A stretch of DNA of 64,000 bases, taken from the sequence record OQ992561.1. The stretch is one strand, 5' to 3'. Under the pieces are notes generated by a model that did no database searches, was not told where the DNA came from, and saw only the letters and a list, made by a program, of their open reading frames with translations. Below are positions 38,824-46,805 of the stretch, piece after piece; position 1 is the first letter of the stretch, and every line of letters starts with the position of its first letter. Both the position numbers and the translations under genes were made by a program.

Positions 38824-39348
38824 TTAACTAAAACGAACTACAATCACACTAGTGCCAAAAGTATCAGCTACCCACTGATTAAATTCTTTATCAGTAATAC
38901 CTCGTAAATTTAGATTATAAGATGCATTATCTACAAGTATATAGCGGATATCTGAAAGTAAATTTTCATTAAAGTCTTTCTGGATCGTTGATAGTCCAGA
39001 TTTATGGATATAGCTACGTAGTTTAAATGTAGTTAAATATGGAATAATGTTATCTGGTGTTTTGGATAGTTTATCTTGAGCACCACGTCGAATTCTTTCG
39101 TCGGTGAATACTGCCAAACATTCACCAGGGTAGCGTTTTGAAAATTCCATTAATGCTGTAGTACTACCAGATTGACGACCAATAAAAAACCCTACTGTTC
39201 TATGATCACGTATAGTGATATGACTGACATCATTAAGATGATAATGCATCCCATACTTATTCCAATTCTCATTAGTTTTATATATCAATGCATCCAGGAT
39301 AGCCTGGTAATCAACAATAGTTTTTACAAACTGATTTGTGTTATTCAT
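38824..39348 (-). CDS. degenerate P-loop-like protein
   Basis: GRQSGST (Walker-A-like without Lys), YILVDNA (Walker-B-like). Confidence 0.55.
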   Translation of the reverse strand: MNNTNQFVKTIVDYQAILDALIYKTNENWNKYGMHYHLNDVSHITIRDHRTVGFFIGRQSGSTTALMEFSKRYPGECLAVFTDERIRRGAQDKLSKTPDNIIPYLTTFKLRSYIHKSGLSTIQKDFNENLLSDIRYILVDNASYNLNLRGITDKEFNQWVADTFGTSVIVVRFS

Positions 39349-39349
39349 T

Positions 39350-39606
39350 ATAGAAGTTCCTTTATTACAATGTGGTATATAACCTTTATTAAATTAGGTT
39401 ATATACCGGCTATGGAAAGGCCTCGTCACCTTCCCTTCACCTATATTAAATATCAATAGTGGTTATAAAGAACGAGATACACTCATTGACATAATATAGC
39501 CAGGGGTGGCAAACCCCTGGCACTCAGACACACTCTATAATTAAATCTACCACCGAGTGTATTTAGTGGATAGCTTTAGGATTATCTAGATACAGTAATC
39601 CTACAT
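39350..39606 (-). ncRNA. candidate structured ncRNA or long 5' leader
   Basis: TAC-N14-TATGTAG promoter at 39604-39624, no ORF, at least four hairpins. Confidence 0.45.
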
Positions 39607-39638
39607 AATATCATCGCACTAGTATTTTTATCTTTAGT

Positions 39639-40646
39639 TTAATCGAGAACTAATGGGGCTACTTTAACTTGATATATACCAGTTAATAATTGGCTTTTCA
39701 ACATATATGCTCCACCACCAACTGCCGTTTTAGATCCACCAACAATAATCATACTGCCATCTGGACCTTTAGCTATTGACGATATATTAAGGAACCCTAT
39801 GCCAAGTTCTAATGGTTCAGCCCATTTACGACGCCTAATGTTAAAACGTTGTGCAAACATTTTAGTTACGCCATTGACATCAACTGCATTAATATAATTA
39901 AAATATTCTCCATCTACATAACCGTTACCTTGCCAGATTGTTCCTTTATCAGCAGGTATAATCATCCAAGGTGTTTGCTCCCATACTAAGGTAGTTGCAT
40001 TATATCGATAAACTTCAAGATTAGGTATGTTCTTTGTATTATCCCAGCCGCCAAAATGATAAAAGTAACCATTATAGAAGAATAACTGTTGACCTGAACG
40101 AGCACCACCTGAATAATCTTGTCCACTAAGCCATGTCTTACCCGATGGTTTTAACCGCATTGCATTTACCCCAACTGGGTTTACACACAAAATAAGATCA
40201 TTACCATCTGATGCGGATGCTGTACCCCAAAATGGTACAGGCCCACTATATCGTTCAACCCTGCTACCTGTACTTATATCAAAATGTTGTATAAAGTTAG
40301 ATGTCCCCGTACCACCATTACCCGCCGCGTTCCATCCAGTAATACCGCCATAAACAATAAAGTTATTCTTATGTAATGTTCCAAATCCTAAGGATACACC
40401 TGGTAGGAATGTTCCAGAAGATGTTGCACCTGCATCTGCGAATGGTGATATGGTAAAACGTCTGAATACAGTTGCGGCTGTTTGTCCTTCAGTATGATGA
40501 CCAGATCCAACATACAGTGTATTTCCATCCACATATGACATTGTACCAGCTAACGCTACAGGTAGATCACCTAATTTAATAATTTCATTAAATCCAACCA
40601 AGGGTAACTCTTCGCCTATATCTGGTGATAATAGTAATTCAAACAT
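39639..40646 (-). CDS. Kelch-repeat beta-propeller protein, probably virion-associated
   Basis: Repeated YVGSG/VYGG/HFGGW/IVGG blades; GAGAG RBS. Confidence 0.75.
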   Translation of the reverse strand: MFELLLSPDIGEELPLVGFNEIIKLGDLPVALAGTMSYVDGNTLYVGSGHHTEGQTAATVFRRFTISPFADAGATSSGTFLPGVSLGFGTLHKNNFIVYGGITGWNAAGNGGTGTSNFIQHFDISTGSRVERYSGPVPFWGTASASDGNDLILCVNPVGVNAMRLKPSGKTWLSGQDYSGGARSGQQLFFYNGYFYHFGGWDNTKNIPNLEVYRYNATTLVWEQTPWMIIPADKGTIWQGNGYVDGEYFNYINAVDVNGVTKMFAQRFNIRRRKWAEPLELGIGFLNISSIAKGPDGSMIIVGGSKTAVGGGAYMLKSQLLTGIYQVKVAPLVLD

Positions 40647-40700
40647 GAGTGTGCTCTCAAGTAAATCATTTTAATTCATAAGATAACTCATGGCAACATA

Positions 40701-40724
40701 AAAGAGTAGCCGAAGCTACTCTTT
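40701..40724 (-). terminator. terminator of tRNA-Asp/Asn unit
   Basis: Minus strand AAAGAGTAGC-TTCG-GCTACTCTTT. Confidence 0.75.
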
Positions 40725-40730
40725 AGAATA

Positions 40731-40806
<76 letters not shown>

Positions 40807-40812
40807 ATTAAA

Positions 40813-40889
40813 TGGCGCGCCCAAGGGGACTCGAACCCCTGACCACCCGCGTGACAGGCGGGTATTCTAACCAACTGAACTATGAGCGC
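40813..40889 (-). tRNA. trnD: tRNA-Asp(GTC)
   Basis: GCGCTCA...CTGTCAC loop...TTCGA...CCA. Confidence 0.95.
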
Positions 40890-40910
40890 AAACGTATGGA
40901 CATGACTTCC

Positions 40911-40940
40911 TACATAGTATTACATAACCAGTAATATTTT
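40911..40940 (-). promoter_or_regulatory. TAC-N14-TATGTA promoter for tRNA-Asp/Asn
   Basis: Minus strand AAATATTAC-14 nt-TATGTAG. Confidence 0.6.
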
Positions 40941-40942
40941 TA

Positions 40943-41290
40943 TTACGGGCGATCAGTCCAGTGCTTGAAATAGTTACCATCCTTGGGACGATCGTACTTA
41001 GCAAGAATATTTTTAAGTTCTTCGCCGGACAACTTAATACTATCGCCTACTGGGCTATCCAGTTCAGGGCAAGGTTCAGTTTTACGTGTAATGATTAAAT
41101 TATCAGTCCCATCTTTGAAGATAAAGATAAACTGCGTTTCATTAGCACTAATCTTTTTCTTAACGCAATGCTTTACTTCTGGATGTTTCTTGTGGATCGC
41201 TACAAAAGATTCAACAAGAGTTAGCTTTATAAACTCAGGGCTAATAAATGTGAAATATACAGCGCTCTGCGTTGGGGTTAGATGATCCAT
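40943..41290 (-). CDS. hypothetical protein in tRNA cluster
   Basis: GGAG RBS. Confidence 0.7.
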   Translation of the reverse strand: MDHLTPTQSAVYFTFISPEFIKLTLVESFVAIHKKHPEVKHCVKKKISANETQFIFIFKDGTDNLIITRKTEPCPELDSPVGDSIKLSGEELKNILAKYDRPKDGNYFKHWTDRP

Positions 41291-41292
41291 AT

Positions 41293-41598
41293 TTACTCCG
41301 TATGTTTGAGATAGGCTTTAACTGCTTTAAGACCTTTATTAAAGAACATAGCTTCAACATAAGTAATGTTACTTACATCCTCGCCGATAAGTTCCCATTT
41401 GATGCAACGTGTAACAGCGTTGATTGTAATATCTAATCCGTTTGGGAATAGGGTTACTTCATCGGTCAGGTGAATCCAATCGGGAGCCTTCGCTCCATTA
41501 CGTAAACGGGGACTAAAAGTAAGATTATAAAGTGTTTGTAATGGTTGTCTCAATAGTTCTTTTTGTTCTTGATGTTCCATGTATTTTCCTAGAGACAT
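41293..41598 (-). CDS. hypothetical protein in tRNA cluster
   Basis: 101-aa ORF. Confidence 0.65.
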   Translation of the reverse strand: MSLGKYMEHQEQKELLRQPLQTLYNLTFSPRLRNGAKAPDWIHLTDEVTLFPNGLDITINAVTRCIKWELIGEDVSNITYVEAMFFNKGLKAVKAYLKHTE

Positions 41599-41810
41599 TT
41601 AAAAATATAAATAGAATGGTTATCTCTTTCGGTTATCTTTAGAGTATTCTCATTTCGAATAACTCCAAGAGACTTGTATTTATGTTCCAGAATATCCAGA
41701 TGAGAAATACACTGTTCCCTATTTTCAAATAGGATATTACTTTCATTAGTCGAAATGAAACCAAATAATCCAACTTTGATAGATAATACCAACATTATTA
41801 CTGTATTCAT
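41589..41810 (-). CDS. small membrane/secreted protein
   Basis: GAGGA RBS before ATG 41810; hydrophobic N-terminus. Confidence 0.65.
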   Translation of the reverse strand: MNTVIMLVLSIKVGLFGFISTNESNILFENREQCISHLDILEHKYKSLGVIRNENTLKITERDNHSIYIFKCL

Positions 41811-41836
41811 GTTTTCCTCAATGAGACAGTATAAAA

Positions 41837-41854
41837 CCTCCCCCAAGTGGGAGG
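41837..41854 (-). terminator. hairpin downstream of tRNA-Ile2
   Basis: CCTCCC-n6-GGGAGG then TTTTAT on minus strand. Confidence 0.65.
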
Positions 41855-41862
41855 CTAGTATA

Positions 41863-41939
41863 TGGTGGGCCCAGCAGGACTTGAACCTGCGACCAAGCGA
41901 TTATGAGTCGCCTGCTCTAACCAACTGAGCTATAGGCCC
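41863..41939 (-). tRNA. trnI: tRNA-Ile2(CAT) (lysidine-type; often labelled Met)
   Basis: GGGCCTATAGCTCAG...GGCGACTCATAATCGCTTGGTCGC...; anticodon arm matches the enterobacterial ileX type as recalled. Confidence 0.8.
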
Positions 41940-41946
41940 TTTTTAT

Positions 41947-42240
41947 TTATTCTGGTAAGAATGTTCCATCTTTTTGACGGACTAATACACCTGACCATTT
42001 GAATTTATTTGTATCACTAGCAGGGCACTCTCTAATTACATTGGTTCTAAATGTGCCATGTGGATAGGTTACAGTGAATGTAATATGGTTATTACAAACA
42101 TGTAATACAGAAGACTTTGCTTCTGTTAGATAGTGTAAGCCTTGAGCTAATTGAATATTAGTTAATTCAGGGTCACTAAGAATAGCGTAAAGAGCTGTTC
42201 CTATAATTTGATGTTCCCATGATATCCATTTATTATCCAT
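41947..42240 (-). CDS. hypothetical protein between tRNAs
   Basis: 97-aa ORF. Confidence 0.65.
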   Translation of the reverse strand: MDNKWISWEHQIIGTALYAILSDPELTNIQLAQGLHYLTEAKSSVLHVCNNHITFTVTYPHGTFRTNVIRECPASDTNKFKWSGVLVRQKDGTFLPE

Positions 42241-42261
42241 CCTATTTACCTATTATTAAAA

Positions 42262-42337
42262 TGGTCGGAGTGGGGAGACTCGAACTCCCGACATCCTGCT
42301 CCCAAAGCAGGCGCGCTACCAACTGCGCTACACTCCG
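42262..42337 (-). tRNA. trnP: tRNA-Pro(TGG)
   Basis: CGGAGTG...TTTGGGA loop...TTCGA...CCA. Confidence 0.95.
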
Positions 42338-42346
42338 TATTTAAAT

Positions 42347-42431
42347 TGGTGCCCGAAGTCGGATTCGAACCGACAAGACCGTAGCCGGAAGATTTTAAGT
42401 CTTCTGTGTTTACCAATTTCACCATTCGGGC
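42347..42431 (-). tRNA. trnL: tRNA-Leu(TAA)
   Basis: GCCCGAA...CTTAAAA loop, long variable arm, CCA. Confidence 0.95.
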
Positions 42432-42443
42432 ATTGTGCTTCAA

Positions 42444-42472
42444 TACATAACATGTAATGCTAGGTATTTTAT
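42444..42472 (-). promoter_or_regulatory. TAC-N14-TATGTA promoter for tRNA-Leu/Pro/Ile2
   Basis: Minus strand AAAAATAC-14 nt-TATGTAT. Confidence 0.6.
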
Positions 42473-42489
42473 TACAACTTATTTTAAAT

Positions 42490-42942
42490 TCAACGTGGCC
42501 ATTGTAAAGAAGTTATCTTATTACCATTAATGTAGACATCGGTCACTTCGCACCAATCATTAATTCTGTGTTCAATAATTGGAACATCATTTCGGCCAGC
42601 CACTCCAATCATATTCCATTTAACATAAATATTCATTAGATCAATTGTTAATTTCTCTTTTATGAGTTTAGGAGAAATTAATTTAATATTATTAATGTTA
42701 AAGAAGTAATTATTAACTTCTTCTAAATATTCATTAGTATTAGTAGTACTAACTTTGCCTTCATGTTCAAGTGAGGATGGTTTATTCTGATTTACAATAT
42801 TGCTCACTAGACTTCTTAAAACGGCACTTGCCCTACCAGCTTCACGTCTTTTATATTTATCATAGTCTTTTACATTAGCTGCAATTTTATCAAATTCTTT
42901 TTGGGCATAGATTAACCCTGGTAAAAGTTCATTCTTAATCAT
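42490..42942 (-). CDS. hypothetical protein
   Basis: 150-aa ORF. Confidence 0.7.
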   Translation of the reverse strand: MIKNELLPGLIYAQKEFDKIAANVKDYDKYKRREAGRASAVLRSLVSNIVNQNKPSSLEHEGKVSTTNTNEYLEEVNNYFFNINNIKLISPKLIKEKLTIDLMNIYVKWNMIGVAGRNDVPIIEHRINDWCEVTDVYINGNKITSLQWPR

Positions 42943-42997
42943 TTTATAATTACTCTATGTTATTTGTACATATTTTAACATACTCACGTAAAAACAA

Positions 42998-43142
42998 AAT
43001 ATAAAGCCTCCCCGAAGGGAGGCGATATATCGTCATTAATGCCCAGCAAAGAGTTTTACTCTCTGGGAGCCAGTTGGAAGGGGGACTGGCTCCGATTTAT
43101 TATGACTAATGTAGAAACGAGGGGGAGGGATCATTTCTACAT
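42998..43142 (-). ncRNA. candidate ~145-nt sRNA with C-rich loops
   Basis: Own TAC-N14-TATGTAG promoter, three hairpins, UUCG terminator at 43006-43023 with U-tract on minus strand, no ORF. Confidence 0.55.
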
Positions 43143-43162
43143 ATCATTACATACTCAGTAAG

Positions 43163-45046
43163 TTATTCTTCAATACCAATGACCGTATTGCGTTCATTGG
43201 TGTTCTCTACGGTTGAACCACTTGGGAAGCTACTGACAGATGCTTGCATTAGTTTCAACATGTCGATAGCAAATACTCGATATGTAGATTCAACCTTAGC
43301 GTCGTCGTACGATGCATGAATGTTAAGAATGGCATTATCGACCCTTTTAGCCAGCAGATATACATCCTCAAGAGCATCTTTATCTTTAATAGTGGATAGC
43401 TTATGTTTGTAGATATCCCCATTGACAGATAGGTCAGGATACTGGGCTACCCAAGTGTCCGCAATAGTCTTAGTGTTGTTAGACAGAACGTCAATGATAA
43501 CGTTAGCTGCTTCCACAATACCGGTAGCATCAAGCAACTTAATCTTAGCACCAGCATTATCTGGCCATTTGGGTTCTTGGAAGTTTGTCTTTACATTGGG
43601 TTTCCATTCAGCCAGAAGAGTAGCGACTTTCTTAGGGTCTTGCCAATCATTCCCTTTGAACAGATTAACCACGGGGGCTAGTATCTTACTGTTCTCATCC
43701 AGAACTTTCTGGTTGTGACGATCAGCTTTAGCTACAGCATTAGTGATATTGGCTTTTGCGGTCTTAGGATCATTAGACGCGAACGTCTCGTAACTCGATA
43801 CTTTTACTTCGCCGGTTTTAAGCTTTGCTTCTGCCACCCATTTGGCATCACCATAGGTACTTTTCAGTGTAGCAATAGCTTTCTTCTTTTTATCAAGATT
43901 GATCTCAGGGCCAGAGTCGAAGATACTCTTAATGGTGTCGATAAGACCTTCATTTGAGACTTGTATAAAGTCGGGAGTATTAATGATGGACTTCTCTACA
44001 TACCCGCCACGAATAACTCGATTTATAAAACCATTAAGACCACTACCGGTTTCGGCCATATCTTTCATGATTTCTATATTCGTTTCACCAGCACTTTGGG
44101 CATTGTATAAATAATAAGAGCCATCTTTAAATTTTAATATAATCCAGTCATCCCCAGTTAGATATGAATCAATATTACTATCATTCATACTTTGATATTT
44201 AATGAATTCTGGATTAGTACTTAATACTTCTTCAATGAATTCTTCTAATGCCGCAGAATTATTAATAGCATCAACCGGTGGAATTTCACCATCAATGGGT
44301 TCAGTAGTTGGACCAGTAACAATGGCAGGTAACGGATCCTCCTCTACAATAACAGTTTCTTCCACTGGTAGAGCACCGCAAGATAAATCAATTAGTTTAT
44401 TAAAACTACTAATGATCTCACCAAGTGCTACAAGAACTGCTGGCTGTTCAACTTGTTCAACTTTAGCAATACCAGTTTCTGTAAATTCTTCAGTAATTCG
44501 GTTATAGACTTCCACTAATTGATTAGTAAGCTCTGCTACTTTTGGCAGAGTCTGCTTAGACAGAGGTTCAACTACAGTTGTATCTGCTTCAACAAAAATA
44601 GAGTCATCTTCTTCTAAACGGCTAGTATTAGCTGAGCCAGCTGTGAAGTTATAAGGCATATCTTGAATTACTTCATTAATTTCAGATGCCTCCATATCTT
44701 CATTTAGACGACCACTATAAGTACGCATCATACCTTCTGCTTCTTTAATAGTGGAATGCGCCAAGCGTCCCCAATCACCACGCATAATACCGCGCTCGGT
44801 AAGACCGCGTGCAGCTGAACCAAGATCAATAGGTTCTTCAATAAATGATTGTTCTTCAACCCACTCCTCATTACTGTAACATTCTTTTAGAATGGTTTTA
44901 AATTTAGTACTAAAGGGTTGTAGAATCTTTTTATCTACTTGTTCAACATTTGTTTTAAAGTGTTCTAGACTTGGTGTAGCTTTTGAAGATACTTTTTCAG
45001 TACCGCTATATAGCGTACGGTTTAGGAAGTTTAGCATTTTATTCAT
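43163..45046 (-). CDS. inner-head/ejection protein paralog (gp303-like) with KTSC-like middle domain
   Basis: Two L..xY.N/D..WV domains, S-x-E head-protease sites (PSLE, VSNE-GL), acidic linker. Confidence 0.65.
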   Translation of the reverse strand: MNKMLNFLNRTLYSGTEKVSSKATPSLEHFKTNVEQVDKKILQPFSTKFKTILKECYSNEEWVEEQSFIEEPIDLGSAARGLTERGIMRGDWGRLAHSTIKEAEGMMRTYSGRLNEDMEASEINEVIQDMPYNFTAGSANTSRLEEDDSIFVEADTTVVEPLSKQTLPKVAELTNQLVEVYNRITEEFTETGIAKVEQVEQPAVLVALGEIISSFNKLIDLSCGALPVEETVIVEEDPLPAIVTGPTTEPIDGEIPPVDAINNSAALEEFIEEVLSTNPEFIKYQSMNDSNIDSYLTGDDWIILKFKDGSYYLYNAQSAGETNIEIMKDMAETGSGLNGFINRVIRGGYVEKSIINTPDFIQVSNEGLIDTIKSIFDSGPEINLDKKKKAIATLKSTYGDAKWVAEAKLKTGEVKVSSYETFASNDPKTAKANITNAVAKADRHNQKVLDENSKILAPVVNLFKGNDWQDPKKVATLLAEWKPNVKTNFQEPKWPDNAGAKIKLLDATGIVEAANVIIDVLSNNTKTIADTWVAQYPDLSVNGDIYKHKLSTIKDKDALEDVYLLAKRVDNAILNIHASYDDAKVESTYRVFAIDMLKLMQASVSSFPSGSTVENTNERNTVIGIEE

Positions 45047-45101
45047 GTCTACTCTCTCGTTGATGACTGTTAATAAGAGTGCTATAGAATTGTTAGCATA
45101 A

Positions 45102-45123
45102 ACCCTCCCAATTAAGGGAGGGT
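45102..45123. terminator. hairpin terminator, identical to core of 46774-46799
   Basis: ACCCTCCC-AATTAA-GGGAGGGT. Confidence 0.7.
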
Positions 45124-45131
45124 CATTATGT

Positions 45132-45545
45132 CTACATTATATCTCGTGTACCATCATTCATTTCAACAACAGTGACTTTATCACCAACCTTTGGTTTTTC
45201 ATTGGTAACTGTTTGAACCATGTACTGCTTGCCATCTGTATTAACAATCAGTTTACATTGAAATGTTTCAGTAGCACTAACATTATTACCGACTGCGCCG
45301 CCTGCGGCACCACCGATTAAACCACCTACCCAACCTCCAGATTTACCAAAGATTGCTCGACCTAATACAGCGCCTGCGGTGGCTCCAACCGCACCTCCAA
45401 CAGTAGTGCCGACAACACTACTATCTTTAGCAACTAGCTGACATTCTGAATGTGCAATAATACCATCTGTAGTTGATTTTACTTCAGTTGCTGCAAATAG
45501 GACAGTGGACCACATTAAAACTACGAATGCGATAATCTTAATCAT
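45132..45545 (-). CDS. secreted glycine-zipper 2TM protein (SlyB/YcfJ-like)
   Basis: Signal peptide; GTTVGGAVGATAGAVLG...GGLIGGAAGGAVG; C-terminal GDKV. Confidence 0.8.
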   Translation of the reverse strand: MIKIIAFVVLMWSTVLFAATEVKSTTDGIIAHSECQLVAKDSSVVGTTVGGAVGATAGAVLGRAIFGKSGGWVGGLIGGAAGGAVGNNVSATETFQCKLIVNTDGKQYMVQTVTNEKPKVGDKVTVVEMNDGTRDIM

Positions 45546-46705
45546 AAGAAGTCAACCTCAAATTCTTCTTCTTCACCAACATCATTTACAACGTTGACCA
45601 TGTAATCAGGCTTCTCTTCTTCCTGAGGAGATGCTTGGGTTGATGAAATATCTAGGTAGTCTTCCATATAAAGAAGTGGGTTCTTCTCTGGCCAAACAAA
45701 ATCAAATCCAGCTGATTCTTTAAACTCCACTTGATACTGTTCTACAACATCATTTTCAATACTTAGGAATGTTGCTGCGGCATTAGCATTGAAAAGTACC
45801 CAGTTAATAAGTTTAGTCGCATTAACACCAGTTAGTTCACGACCTTCAGAGAATAGATAATTAACCCAGGTAACTTCAGTCTTTACAATTTCCCATAGTA
45901 GTTCAATGATTTTATCTTTACATTGACTATAAGCGAGTTTACCACGTTCAGTTGCTAGTAGTGCACGAATAACTTCTTGGCCATATTGCGCATGGATTTC
46001 GAATTCGTCTTGGGCAATCTTCTTAACAGCAGCTGCAATTTGCTGGAATGCACCGGTGCGACCAATAGCGAAAGTCACAGCAAAGGATGCCATGAACTGA
46101 ATACGCTCAAGGAAATATAGAGCGATGAAGAACATGAATACCTTATTGTAAAGTTCTTGATCATTGGGTACCTGATTAAGAGCATACGCGTGAACTGCGT
46201 CATGTGCTTCACCCATAGTGCGGGCTACTGCAACCATCCGTTCTTGTGCTTCTTCTACCCTAAGAATTTCATCTAGAATAACTTTAGGATCTTTAAAGCT
46301 ATTACGTACAATTTCAGAATAAGTTAAAGCATGTACGTCTTCATTATCATTAATACGTACATATCCTGCCCATACTCGTGAATCAGTCATGACAGGTGAT
46401 AGAATATTAACAATGGAACGACTGGCTACAGAGTCAGCTTCCCATTGCCACGCCAGTGTCTTAATCATCATGTCATAAGTTGATTTATCACATGTTTCAA
46501 ATTCTACTAGACAAGTAGAAAAGTCAAATTCTAACTCATCCCAATCAAGCATTTTTAGACGCTTATATAGGTCCCACATTTTAGGATAATGAGTGTGGAT
46601 TGAATCTAGTAGACCTGGGTCATCTCCAAGAATAATTTCTGGTAGATGATAATCACTCTTAGCCGCATTGAAGATTTTCTTTGGTAGTTGTGATTTAGTA
46701 GACAT
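45542..46705 (-). CDS. nrdB: ribonucleotide reductase class Ia beta subunit
   Basis: EADS, NEDVHALTY, YFLERIQFMASF, DEFEIH, C-terminal Tyr. Confidence 0.92.
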   Translation of the reverse strand: MSTKSQLPKKIFNAAKSDYHLPEIILGDDPGLLDSIHTHYPKMWDLYKRLKMLDWDELEFDFSTCLVEFETCDKSTYDMMIKTLAWQWEADSVASRSIVNILSPVMTDSRVWAGYVRINDNEDVHALTYSEIVRNSFKDPKVILDEILRVEEAQERMVAVARTMGEAHDAVHAYALNQVPNDQELYNKVFMFFIALYFLERIQFMASFAVTFAIGRTGAFQQIAAAVKKIAQDEFEIHAQYGQEVIRALLATERGKLAYSQCKDKIIELLWEIVKTEVTWVNYLFSEGRELTGVNATKLINWVLFNANAAATFLSIENDVVEQYQVEFKESAGFDFVWPEKNPLLYMEDYLDISSTQASPQEEEKPDYMVNVVNDVGEEEEFEVDFL

Positions 46706-46773
46706 GTCAGTTCCTTTACAATTTAAAAATATTTCTTACAATAAATAATAGAGGTTAGTATAAATTGGGAATA

Positions 46774-46799
46774 ACACCCTCCCAATTAAGGGAGGGTGT
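46774..46799. terminator. hairpin between nrdA and nrdB
   Basis: ACACCCTCCC-AATTAA-GGGAGGGTGT. Confidence 0.7.
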
Positions 46800-46805
46800 A
46801 TACAC

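Noticed and set aside
41863-41939. tRNA-Met or fMet call for the CAT tRNA
   Set aside because: No initiator features and strong resemblance to Ile2; kept as Ile2 with residual uncertainty
42246-42443. 65-aa minus-strand ORF
   Set aside because: It is a translation of tRNA-Leu and tRNA-Pro genes
43422-45101. Several + strand ORFs inside the 627-aa gene, and similar shadows in nrdA, terL and 54-56 kb
   Set aside because: Antisense or alternate-frame shadows with no RBS; typical of biased codon usage
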